From: a virus
Reading direction: 5' to 3' (one strand)
DNA length: 64,000 bases
IMG/VR virus record: IMGVR_UViG_3300023116_000009
Coordinates: 32,001 to 96,000 of that record
Numbering within the stretch: position 1 is the first letter of the stretch; each line of letters starts with the position of its first letter. Below the pieces are notes generated by a model. It worked only from the letters and a program-made list of their open reading frames with translations, did not search any database and was not told the DNA's origin. Made by a program: the position numbers and the translations under genes. Shown piece by piece: positions 12,301-20,049 of this stretch.

Positions 12301-14951
12301 GCATAAAGAGGAACATAAATTTTATCAGAGATAGTGCTTCCATCTTTATCAAGAGTTCTTGCACCAACAACAAATTTACCAATTTGCTTATCAAGACCAT
12401 CTCCAATTGTCAATACACAATCAAGACCAACACCATCAGCAGCATTTGTTGGAATAGTAATGGTGTCTCCTGGTTGGAACGCACCATAATCATTAGATAC
12501 AAACGATGCTCCAGTAACAGAACCATTATTTACTGTTAAGGTGATTGTTTTGTTGTTATCATTAGGATCAACTACAATAACATTACCAGCAGTAAAATTA
12601 GAACCTCCACTAGTAATTCCTAAGAAGTTGTCTCTACCTGAGAGATAAACTCTCGTATTAGTCAATGCTGTTTTTACTGCATTGATTGATTCATAATAAC
12701 TATTGGTTAAACCAGATTCTACATTTCTTGGTGGAATAATGTGAGTAATTTCACCAAGAGAATCTTTATTAAATGCCTGATCACTAAATCCAATAGAACG
12801 CATGGCGTTCATACCAAAGTTGGAGTTGGAGTTAGTAATTGACATGTCACCACCATCTTCAGCAATGAAGTGGTCAGCATAACCAACAGCAAAGACCGAA
12901 ACTGCCTGAATTACTGCACGGTTAGATGCTTTAACGTGATAACTTCTTTGAAGTGGGTTGTAAATTGCGTCTGGATCAGTATGTAACGAACCTGATGCTG
13001 TAGTGTAAGTATTAGATCCAGAGGAATACTTCAAGAATGCAGTATCATCTTTCTGCAGTGAGATGCCCGTATATTGTGCAACCACCATGGATCTAAAACC
13101 AGTCGCTCTAGAACCATCAGCGTGCATACCACAGATACCATAAGTGGATCTGAGAGATACGTTAAAGATATATGGTGATGCAGATTCTACTGTATCAATT
13201 TCTACTTGAGCGGTTGCAGAAAGTCCAGTATTTCCGTCATATGTAACCTGATAACCAGAAATGCCCAGGTCAGCATCAGTTTCAACAAGATCTAATTGAG
13301 CTTCAGCAGTAGCACTAATTTGGAAAGTAAATTCACTTCTACTATTAACACCAGCAACTTTTCTTTGACCAACATAATAACTATTAATAGTTCCGTCTGT
13401 ACTTACAGTTCCTGCAATTGCAACGAAGTTTCCAGCAGTAAGTTCAAGGTCTTCTTCTAATGTTACGGTTACAATATCATTATTTCTAGTTACTCGTTCA
13501 ATATTAACAGAATCAGCAAGGGCACCAACGATTCTATTCTCCTGAATTTTTGCCTCAATTTTATCAGCAGAAATTACAGGAATTACATCAGAAACTTTTC
13601 TATAGAATCCTACAAGATCGTGAAGTGATGCATACTCAAATACAGTTAACTTAGTGTGAGTGTATTCAGTATTAGTAGTCAAAGACCAGGAAGATTCTGG
13701 TTTTACAACGGAAGTTCTATAAACTCCTAATGGATCACCATCAAAAATAGAAAATTGCCAGAAGTAACATCCACCAGTGATTCTAAAGAGAGCAGTTCTA
13801 CTGTTATCATCCTCATATGGCAAATCAACTACGATTCCAGTTCCAACATTAGTGCCATTGGCAACATCAGATGCCAGATAACCATGTGGTTTAGAAATAC
13901 CAACGGTGATTGAAGAAGCTCCAGTAGCACCAATACTTGTAATTGAAGTACCTTCATCAATTTTTAAACCAGTATCTACTGCAGTAATGTTATTTGAACC
14001 TGAGGATCCAGGAACAAAAGTATGTGTTGATGTTTCACTCGATGTTCCAACATTGACAGTAATTGTTGTGGCACTTACTTCACGAATGTCAAGAGTAGTA
14101 TCATATGCAGGGTCCGTTGTTCTAGGATATAATACTTCTCCTGGTCCAGATGCACAAGTAAACGCAAGTGACTCAACTGCAATGCGAATACTGTTATCTG
14201 TAGTAAGGGTATGTGATCCAATCTCAAGGGTCAAATCACCAGTGATTGGATTATATGAAGTTCCTGATGCTGCAGTAAACTGACTAATAATAGAGTATCC
14301 AGCAACACCTTTCTTAAAGACAGAACCAATGATAACATCATTAATATTATCAACACCATCTGGTCCATTAGTAACACCAGTGATAGTTAATTCATTTGGA
14401 TTGGCATTAGATGCTGTATAACTAATTTGGGTTGTTCCAGCAATAGTATTTGAACCACCAGAAGGAACATACTTTGGTCTAATCTTGGTCTTTCTAAGGT
14501 CCATACCGACCAAAGAAACACCTCTAGGAATAATCAAACCACCTCTAGTTGAGTTAGTGATCTTATAAAGATCTGCATACTGCTTTGTCGTATCCGACCA
14601 ACCATATTGCCCCGCAACAGGACCAGCGGAGAATGGAACAGTTAATTCTGCAAGGTAGTTTCCTGTTACACCATCAACCTGAAAGGAATATGAACCAGGG
14701 CGGTTATCAACAATATGATCACCAGGATACAACATAATTGTAAACTGGTCAAATTTATCGTCAGCATTGCCTGCACTGACGTATGAATATCTCGCTACTT
14801 CAAGAACTGCACGTGCAATCGTCTTGAAAGGTCTAAGTGGCGAATTGCCTTTATTATCAATTGCGTCTGTCGAATCAAAGTCATCTGGATTGACGTACAG
14901 GATTCTTCCCTCAACGGAAGAAATGATGTTTTGAAGTCGTGTTAATGCCAT
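9333..14951 (-). CDS. Giant virion structural / tail fibre protein, 1872 aa
   Basis: N-terminus ILYVNPDDFDSTDAIDNKGNSPLRPFKTIARA and internal LRRPSTIRSGNHTFEYVGFGPGNYSTGFP match the conserved cyanomyophage giant structural protein family (recognised by eye). Confidence 0.8.
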   Translation of the reverse strand: MALTRLQNIISSVEGRILYVNPDDFDSTDAIDNKGNSPLRPFKTIARAVLEVARYSYVSAGNADDKFDQFTIMLYPGDHIVDNRPGSYSFQVDGVTGNYLAELTVPFSAGPVAGQYGWSDTTKQYADLYKITNSTRGGLIIPRGVSLVGMDLRKTKIRPKYVPSGGSNTIAGTTQISYTASNANPNELTITGVTNGPDGVDNINDVIIGSVFKKGVAGYSIISQFTAASGTSYNPITGDLTLEIGSHTLTTDNSIRIAVESLAFTCASGPGEVLYPRTTDPAYDTTLDIREVSATTITVNVGTSSETSTHTFVPGSSGSNNITAVDTGLKIDEGTSITSIGATGASSITVGISKPHGYLASDVANGTNVGTGIVVDLPYEDDNSRTALFRITGGCYFWQFSIFDGDPLGVYRTSVVKPESSWSLTTNTEYTHTKLTVFEYASLHDLVGFYRKVSDVIPVISADKIEAKIQENRIVGALADSVNIERVTRNNDIVTVTLEEDLELTAGNFVAIAGTVSTDGTINSYYVGQRKVAGVNSRSEFTFQISATAEAQLDLVETDADLGISGYQVTYDGNTGLSATAQVEIDTVESASPYIFNVSLRSTYGICGMHADGSRATGFRSMVVAQYTGISLQKDDTAFLKYSSGSNTYTTASGSLHTDPDAIYNPLQRSYHVKASNRAVIQAVSVFAVGYADHFIAEDGGDMSITNSNSNFGMNAMRSIGFSDQAFNKDSLGEITHIIPPRNVESGLTNSYYESINAVKTALTNTRVYLSGRDNFLGITSGGSNFTAGNVIVVDPNDNNKTITLTVNNGSVTGASFVSNDYGAFQPGDTITIPTNAADGVGLDCVLTIGDGLDKQIGKFVVGARTLDKDGSTISDKIYVPLYANTTASATSEQYANISPVNGNAFDYDFTALSNTTGGWYVNVSAPATPTNNTNTIFSSIDGNTKYGLTTITTTPTSYIKRIVDERVDDDKIYRLRYVTKSVSGLATDPAPSFPQRGYVLQVKRGNSILGRGDRFTDGANLLLLNKYFLAHEAVARWIAANPGNTELDTAGERKSCIDDLINIIEAIAYNLRYGGNDQVVAAADLYINGAGAGANGIQGERDETVEILDTYLKPLMTYVINNGKTGSPVNTPSIGALVNNNTSGDNTTSYGLSNIVTFTAITGEEQLIDTFGGCTNVRDAALTLTDIIITALGTDAGGAGTVPTSVTPTDAGETYNRISGHDYNDVYYVYEVEEVTPFKSATATEAEVPGVYYLTVLKGSIPVSQSVLPGNSFKFSQDTTNIYPVIDLDNVVNDPIIADSIADPLVIGVVNTTSGIDANVTTRDTSFSVTKESISYWLDEYLNNELEWRWSDKLAANSEVSHKWISNGAAEAHSIETTILESGIGNGEVRKVPINPRRPTDTIKVELRRPSTIRSGNHTFEYVGFGPGNYSTGFPIKQNKVLTNDQVKYSQSLKEQGGIAFYSGLNSQGDLYIGNTVINAVTGKTTENQITELNTLTLKDNLTVIGGSGNTITSTFQGPVTFLKDTNFDTENNFFSGIKLRNPDGIVTKILNRDTVSALTGEIVGDYVLKTTPVNGDSRGWTYVDDQVNSTQEWRESGLVGTEKIHSYKDTNGNYSLNVGADLGIANANTNYDLDVTTSQRIGTHLDIGNAVGDSITSNTSTKETRISLNQTWSSSSVEYKPIEINVAGSPTGAVSSRIFDAKVGGNSVFNIDSLGNVTTPDTASFGLTKKAFFATITIANAANTNTNLDTIFKLDNTQSNPPLTIDVVRYQGSSTLTSITRTFGARMTNALSSFIYYGSSAATPHVSGAPRDADVGGIGNVADFNTRSMIVFIDGVIQQPYVDYHFDGTYLYFDGELPVGTRIDIRCLAN

Positions 14952-14989
14952 TAAATTGCCCTAATATGACACAGATCTAGTTCTTCAGT

Positions 14990-14997
14990 TATTTATA
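14990..14997 (-). promoter_or_regulatory. T4-type late promoter TATAAATA
   Basis: Exact TATAAATA on the minus strand about 40 nt upstream of the structural gene block. Confidence 0.75.
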
Positions 14998-14998
14998 A

Positions 14999-15169
14999 CT
15001 ACTCCTTGTTCTCCTTCCTCACTTTCTTCAATGATTTCAATTCCATCTTGATATTCTGATATGCAGTTTCAGCATCAATCTTCTTTGCTAGTTCCATGGC
15101 ACAGATAACTTCTACACGAGTGCCAAAGTGCTTGAGTGCTTCTTCAAATGAATTCAGTTCTTCGTACAT
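14999..15169 (-). CDS. Hypothetical protein, 56 aa (MYEELNSFEEALKHFGTRVEVICAMELAKK...)
   Basis: Hand-translated; its start overlaps the 3' end of the upstream ORF. Confidence 0.7.
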   Translation of the reverse strand: MYEELNSFEEALKHFGTRVEVICAMELAKKIDAETAYQNIKMELKSLKKVRKENKE

Positions 15170-15324
15170 TTTTTTACTTCATCTATGATATCTAGGTACT
15201 CTTGATAGGGAACCATTATGGCAGTATCCGTTCCATTGGTTATTCCAATGGTTTCTCCATTCTCAACACGAGCAATGAGAGAGTCCCAATTCTGTTGCCA
15301 GTGTTCTATAGTGTAAATTTCCAT
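15154..15324 (-). CDS. Phd/YefM antitoxin-like protein, 56 aa (MEIYTIEHWQQNWDSLIARVENGETIGITNGTDTAIMVPYQEY...)
   Basis: Hand-translated; residue pattern parallels the Phd/YefM N-terminal fold. Family call is by eye only. Confidence 0.55.
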   Translation of the reverse strand: MEIYTIEHWQQNWDSLIARVENGETIGITNGTDTAIMVPYQEYLDIIDEVKKCTKN

Positions 15325-15340
15325 GGTAATAAATTATAAA

Positions 15341-15412
15341 CTCCTCCGCCTGGATTCGAACCAGGGACCAATCGATTAACAGTCGATAGCTCTACCGCTG
15401 AGCTACAGAGGA
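15341..15412 (-). tRNA. tRNA-Asn(GTT)
   Basis: TCCTCTGTAGCTCAGCGGTAGAGC...CTGTTAA...GGTTCGAATCC...GGAGGAG cloverleaf. Confidence 0.95.
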
Positions 15413-15413
15413 A

Positions 15414-15622
15414 TGTGGGTGGTGAGATTCTATCATACTCACAACTAGGAGGTCGCACTGATAGTAACGTTTCCCAGCACTTTCGGATTCCTTGGTATTG
15501 GATTCTGCAACTCTGGTCTCCCAGTATTACAGCGGGCACCACCCCTATCCTAGTATACATTATCCCGTGCATGACCGCATAGGATTATTCTGTCACACCC
15601 TTTGAGAGACCGTCGCCTCTCA
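15414..15622 (-). ncRNA. Putative structured RNA between tRNA-Ala and tRNA-Asn
   Basis: GC-rich spacer with nested stems: TGAGAG/CTCTCA, GGGTG/CACCC, CTAGGA/TCCTAG, CTGG-GAGA-CCAG, GTGAG/CTCAC. Confidence 0.5.
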
Positions 15623-15623
15623 A

Positions 15624-15696
15624 TGGAGAATAGCGGACTCGAACCGCTGACATCCTGCTTGCAAAGCAGGCGCTCTACCAACTGAGCTAATTCCCC
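15624..15696 (-). tRNA. tRNA-Ala(TGC)
   Basis: GGGGAATTAGCTCAGTTGGTAGAGC...TTTGCAA...GGTTCGAGTCC...TCTCCA. Confidence 0.95.
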
Positions 15697-15801
15697 TGGC
15701 GACCCTTTTGTTGACGAGGTAGAGCCGAACCCCGTGGAGAAAATGAGATGTGGACTCCCATATTCTTTTTCACTATGAAGAATGAAACATCATAGCGCCA
15801 G

Positions 15802-15875
15802 AGCCACAAGTCGGACTTGAACCGACGACCTACGGTTTACAAAACCGTTGCTCTATCCAGCTGAGCTATAGTGGC
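15802..15875 (-). tRNA. tRNA-Thr(TGT)
   Basis: GCCACTATAGCTCAGCTGGATAGAGC...TTTGTAA...GGTTCAAGTCC...GTGGCT. Confidence 0.95.
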
Positions 15876-16063
15876 GATTGTTTTTCTTCTTTGGCGAGTT
15901 TGAAGTAGAGTTTGTAATACCTCTTCTTCATCTCATCAATGGCATCCATGTCTTCTTGGAAACCCATGTACTTGAAGAGTTGATAAGACCCTTCAAGTTC
16001 ACTGAGCAATCTTAGCACGTTAATCGAAGTTCTGTCAAGTCCTCCGAAGGTGTATTTACTCAT
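15866..16063 (-). CDS. Hypothetical protein, 65 aa
   Basis: ORF track; tightly coupled to the upstream ORF. Confidence 0.65.
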   Translation of the reverse strand: MSKYTFGGLDRTSINVLRLLSELEGSYQLFKYMGFQEDMDAIDEMKKRYYKLYFKLAKEEKQSPL

Positions 16064-16320
16064 GGGGGTAAAACAGAAACTTCATCAAGTTCAACTGGGA
16101 AGAGGAGTGGGTGCATCTCCTCTACCATAAGGTATTCACTGTTTTTAGTCAACTGTTCAATGTCCAAAGGTGGTTCAGAATCAGCAAGTGCCGTAACATA
16201 AGGATCACCCCTTTCTTCATCAGTAATGTCGTCGTAAACGAACGGCATTCCATTCATGAAATAGACAAGGGCAATCCCTATTGTATTAATGTAACGGTAA
16301 TCGCATCTGACTTGGTACAT
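16060..16320 (-). CDS. Hypothetical protein, 86 aa
   Basis: ORF track; fills the gap after tRNA-Leu. Confidence 0.65.
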   Translation of the reverse strand: MYQVRCDYRYINTIGIALVYFMNGMPFVYDDITDEERGDPYVTALADSEPPLDIEQLTKNSEYLMVEEMHPLLFPVELDEVSVLPP

Positions 16321-16330
16321 TTCTCTTAGG

Positions 16331-16415
16331 TAGGAGCGGGGGGACTTGAACCCCCACGGGCGCTATGCCCAGCGGATTTTAAGTCCGATACGTCTACCTA
16401 TTCCGTCACGCTCCC
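16331..16415 (-). tRNA. tRNA-Leu(TAA)
   Basis: GGGAGCGTGACGGAATAGGTAGACG...CTTAAAA...long variable arm...GGTTCAAGTCCC. Confidence 0.93.
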
Positions 16416-16425
16416 AAAAAGAGAG

Positions 16426-16605
16426 TCAATAATCGTAAGTGATTTCAACTCTTTCAGAGTTAGAACGTACCAGTTTCAAAACTTGCTGGAACTGATCGGG
16501 TGTTTCACAAGTAACTGTCCTTTCGTTGCCTGCATCAGAATAAAGAGTGAACGTCCTGGAAGGGATACTCACGGTCACAAGTGCAACGGTTTCGTCAGTG
16601 AACAT
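16426..16605 (-). CDS. Hypothetical protein, 59 aa (MFTDETVALVTVSIPSRTFTLYSDAG...)
   Basis: Hand-translated; lies directly downstream of a sigma70-type promoter. Confidence 0.65.
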   Translation of the reverse strand: MFTDETVALVTVSIPSRTFTLYSDAGNERTVTCETPDQFQQVLKLVRSNSERVEITYDY

Positions 16606-16629
16606 AATGTGTTTGTTTGGAACATAGTA

Positions 16630-16658
16630 ATAATACCACAGGTGTCTGGGTTTGTCAA
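16630..16658 (-). promoter_or_regulatory. Sigma70-like early promoter driving the tRNA cluster
   Basis: TTGACA-N17-TATTAT. Confidence 0.75.
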
Positions 16659-16665
16659 CCCCCCA

Positions 16666-17631
16666 TCAGTTGAGGTAGACACCTGTCAAACAGTCCACAT
16701 CAAGGTATGGACCACCAGCAAACAAATTCAGGGTTCCCAATGCAGCAACCGTGCTGATGTTACCAAGAGCGGCAGTATGATTAATACCACCAGCAGCACA
16801 AGTAACTGCAAACGATGGTTCTGTTGGTGCTAGGGGTCCTGTGGGCACGCCCGTAGGTGATCCTATCACACGAAGACCTGAGATCTTGTAATCAACCTTT
16901 CCATTGACAACATACTCAAGATTACTAAGAGTAGTACAACGAATATGCCCTAAGGCATACATTTCAATATCTCCAAGTGATTTTAATTCTAAAACACCAC
17001 CAGGGTTTGTCTGCTCAATAATATAAGTACCAGCAAAAGAATCTCTCATGATGCCACCTTTTTTCAAATCTCTTTGAATATTCATGGCAGTTGTAACACT
17101 TTTACCACTATCTACTGTATGAGTTCCAGTAATATTTTGACCAAGATCTGAGTAGTTATGAACTGCATTTCCTTTGACAGTTAGATTATCCTCACCATTG
17201 ATAGTTGTGTATCGGTTACCTTTTACAACAGTGTGCATATCACCTTCTACATCAAGGTGAATGTTACCAGTTACATTTAAAACAAATCTGTCATTTTTAC
17301 TTGGGTCTTCATTATCAAGAGTATGTCCACACTTGACATTAATATGTCTAGCGGCAATTACATTAACATCTCTAACTGGGGTGTGAATTTGAACATCCCC
17401 ATTTTGAAACATCTTGATATATGCACCAGTAGTTCCATGGCGAAAGTTAATGTATTCATTATCTTCAGTTTCATTGAATTCCCATTTATGTCCACATAAA
17501 AATGTTTTTGCTTTATTATAAGGATACTCAACCTTTTCACTCTTATCATTTTCAATGATAGATTTGGTTGCCGCAATTGCGGCATCCGACATTCCATTCT
17601 TTTTTGCTTCTGCTTCGTCAAATGTATGCAT
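16666..17631 (-). CDS. gp5-like C-terminal beta-helix needle/spike protein, about 321 aa
   Basis: Repeating beta-strand pattern (NIHLDVEGDMHTVVKGNRYTTINGEDNLTVKGN); ATG at 17631 overlaps the gp5 stop (TAATG). Confidence 0.6.
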   Translation of the reverse strand: MHTFDEAEAKKNGMSDAAIAATKSIIENDKSEKVEYPYNKAKTFLCGHKWEFNETEDNEYINFRHGTTGAYIKMFQNGDVQIHTPVRDVNVIAARHINVKCGHTLDNEDPSKNDRFVLNVTGNIHLDVEGDMHTVVKGNRYTTINGEDNLTVKGNAVHNYSDLGQNITGTHTVDSGKSVTTAMNIQRDLKKGGIMRDSFAGTYIIEQTNPGGVLELKSLGDIEMYALGHIRCTTLSNLEYVVNGKVDYKISGLRVIGSPTGVPTGPLAPTEPSFAVTCAAGGINHTAALGNISTVAALGTLNLFAGGPYLDVDCLTGVYLN

Positions 17632-19829
17632 TAATAATCTCCTGGGTATCCTACACAATCAATAATGTCACGATAATCATCGAACAGATTTAGATACTGC
17701 TTAGCATCCTTCCTAGGTATGTATCTCAAAACTGGTTTAATGATAGCTCTCCTTTGATCACCAGTACTAATGTTTGGATTGGTACATCCAATATACATCT
17801 TAGGTAAATCAGTAAAACCAAATCCCTCCTTCACAACTTTGACTGAAATTAATCTTCCATTAACAATAACAGGTTCCAGTTCTGGTAAAACAACATTAGT
17901 ATCTTCATCATCTCCAACTTCTACAATAATACCACAAGTTCCATCAAGATTTTCTCCCGCATTTAAAACTTGAGGGGGATTGTTAGGAGTAATGATTCCC
18001 AACCAGTAAGAGTTGTCTGCGTGAACTCCGTAAATTCTTTCATAATCTGGATTCCCATCAGCATCTGTTGGGACAGTTGGATTCAAATTAGAACCATCAA
18101 AATATGGATATCCACCTCCAGATTTTCTAACCAGAATGTCCGTGACTTGACCATCTTTAATAATTGGTTCTAATTCTGCATTACCACCCCAATTCCTATA
18201 TGGTTTAACTGATATCTTAGCACCTGAATCAGATAATCCATTTCCAGGATTTGTAATAACACCACCAACAACTCTGCCTTTACTAGTTACAACTGGAATT
18301 GCTCTTGGGTAATCAGTTCCTTTAGAGTAACTACTTGGGAATGGACCTGGGAAACCAGCAAGTGCAGCATCATACTTATACTTGAGTCCAGTGAAAATCA
18401 ACTCTGGAATTGCAGGGAATACAAATTTATTTGCTTTAGAGCAATTGAGCGTACCCTTTGCAACCTTACCATCACTTCCAATGATCTGAGTATTTTCGAA
18501 AGTGGATAAGAAAGAGTCGCTACCAAATAATCCAATTTCTGCCTCATTGGGAAGATTACCAAAGGTTTCAATTCTATTCATGAAACCACCGATTGAATTA
18601 TCGTTACTCTCACCTTCCTTAGTGGTATACTCACCGATACCAAGAATGCAAGAGAGTTGCCCATCACAGAAAAGAGCAACCAATTCTCCAATCTTTTTCA
18701 ACCAACTTCCACCCCAATCACCATACTGAGCAATGATAGAAGTTACACTACTCAATGCACCAAGAGCTTGACCAACCAATTCACTAATCTTTGAGGTAAC
18801 CGCCTCAATAATATCCTGTACCATACAGAATGCAGCATTAACAGCATCTTCAATAATTCCAGTGACAATATCCAAAAGAAGATTGAGTAGTTCTTCTAAG
18901 ATAGTTTTAAAGATACATTTAAGGATTTCGATGAATACATCACCTGCTTCATTTGCTGCCCAAATTGACAACGATTTCTTTTGCGGACTTAGCGATAATG
19001 CCGTAGTAAGAGGAGTAACAATGAATTCCTTAAAATACTTCTTAAACTCATTAAGAATTAATTGTTTAATATCTCCAAGAATGCTTGCAGATGCTGCTGC
19101 TAATCTACTTGTATATGTTTGAATGAGTCCAGCAGTTTTTGTGATATTGCCTGTGAGTTTGTTTACAAAAACACTGCCAATTTTTTCATTCTTACCAACA
19201 AATTGAAACAGATCGTTTAAAATTTTAGCAAAGTCACTCTCTGGTCTTGGACCACATTTTCCATTCGATACTGTAAAAGTTTGCCTTTCATTTTCTGCCT
19301 GTTCTTTATCGTTGGCACTTGCTGTTCCAGTTTTACTTCCACGATTTGACTGCCCATGCCCACCAGAACCTTCTTTGTTATTCTGGACAAGTTTTTCTGC
19401 CCTTGTCGAATGGTCGTTTGAGAGTCCTTCATTATTGACTCTATCAGTATAAGTGTCTTGCCTCTTATCTACAATCCCAATGGATCCCATTACAAGAGGT
19501 TGTTGAGCACTCTCACCATCCATAAAAGTTCCAAGCACCCACATCCCATTCTCAAGACCATGCACAGTGCCAGAAGAGTGTCTGGTAATTGTCTCTGTGG
19601 TGGGCATGAGAACGGATGCCCAAGGTAAATCTTGTGGTTTGAGTTGGTTTCTACTTCTAGTATGATATCCCATGATTCTAACCTTTACACGGTTAGATTC
19701 TTGATAATCTTCACACTTATCACCAGTGATGGTTACTGCACCATCACCTTCAATCTGTCCCACCCAAAGGCGATTACCTTGTGCTCCAAACCAATAGTTA
19801 GATTCTAATGTTGGTGATGCTCCTAGCAT
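17631..19829 (-). CDS. gp5: Baseplate hub subunit gp5 (N-terminal OB fold), 732 aa
   Basis: WVGQIE...RVKVRIMGYH...LPWASVLMPTT...GMWVLGTFMDGESAQQPLVMGSI, the gp5 OB-fold signature. Confidence 0.85.
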   Translation of the reverse strand: MLGASPTLESNYWFGAQGNRLWVGQIEGDGAVTITGDKCEDYQESNRVKVRIMGYHTRSRNQLKPQDLPWASVLMPTTETITRHSSGTVHGLENGMWVLGTFMDGESAQQPLVMGSIGIVDKRQDTYTDRVNNEGLSNDHSTRAEKLVQNNKEGSGGHGQSNRGSKTGTASANDKEQAENERQTFTVSNGKCGPRPESDFAKILNDLFQFVGKNEKIGSVFVNKLTGNITKTAGLIQTYTSRLAAASASILGDIKQLILNEFKKYFKEFIVTPLTTALSLSPQKKSLSIWAANEAGDVFIEILKCIFKTILEELLNLLLDIVTGIIEDAVNAAFCMVQDIIEAVTSKISELVGQALGALSSVTSIIAQYGDWGGSWLKKIGELVALFCDGQLSCILGIGEYTTKEGESNDNSIGGFMNRIETFGNLPNEAEIGLFGSDSFLSTFENTQIIGSDGKVAKGTLNCSKANKFVFPAIPELIFTGLKYKYDAALAGFPGPFPSSYSKGTDYPRAIPVVTSKGRVVGGVITNPGNGLSDSGAKISVKPYRNWGGNAELEPIIKDGQVTDILVRKSGGGYPYFDGSNLNPTVPTDADGNPDYERIYGVHADNSYWLGIITPNNPPQVLNAGENLDGTCGIIVEVGDDEDTNVVLPELEPVIVNGRLISVKVVKEGFGFTDLPKMYIGCTNPNISTGDQRRAIIKPVLRYIPRKDAKQYLNLFDDYRDIIDCVGYPGDY

Positions 19830-19835
19830 TTATAA

Positions 19836-20048
19836 TCAATCCTCGTAAATTCTACATTCAGATGCGTCAGGATGAGTATCACAATACAATTCCAATGGTG
19901 TTGGATCATGATGATCTTCAGGATGCTTTTCAGCATATGCCTGAAGTTCTTCCAACTCTCCTTCAATGTGACGGCGACGTTGTGGAGAAAGTTGCGGATT
20001 TGCAAGTTCTTCCTTATCTGCAGCAATATGTTGTTCGATGTTTTCCAT
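19836..20048 (-). CDS. cp12: CP12 Calvin-cycle inhibitor
   Basis: C-terminal DPTPLELYCDTHPDASECRIYED with the CP12 Cys pair; MENIEQHI start preferred. Confidence 0.9.
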   Translation of the reverse strand: MENIEQHIAADKEELANPQLSPQRRRHIEGELEELQAYAEKHPEDHHDPTPLELYCDTHPDASECRIYED

Positions 20049-20049
20049 G

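Noticed and set aside
15697-15801. tRNA-like remnant between tRNA-Thr and tRNA-Ala (ends GGTCGCCA, contains GGTTCG)
   Set aside because: No acceptor stem leaving CCA free and no anticodon arm could be built. Only short hairpins are supported.
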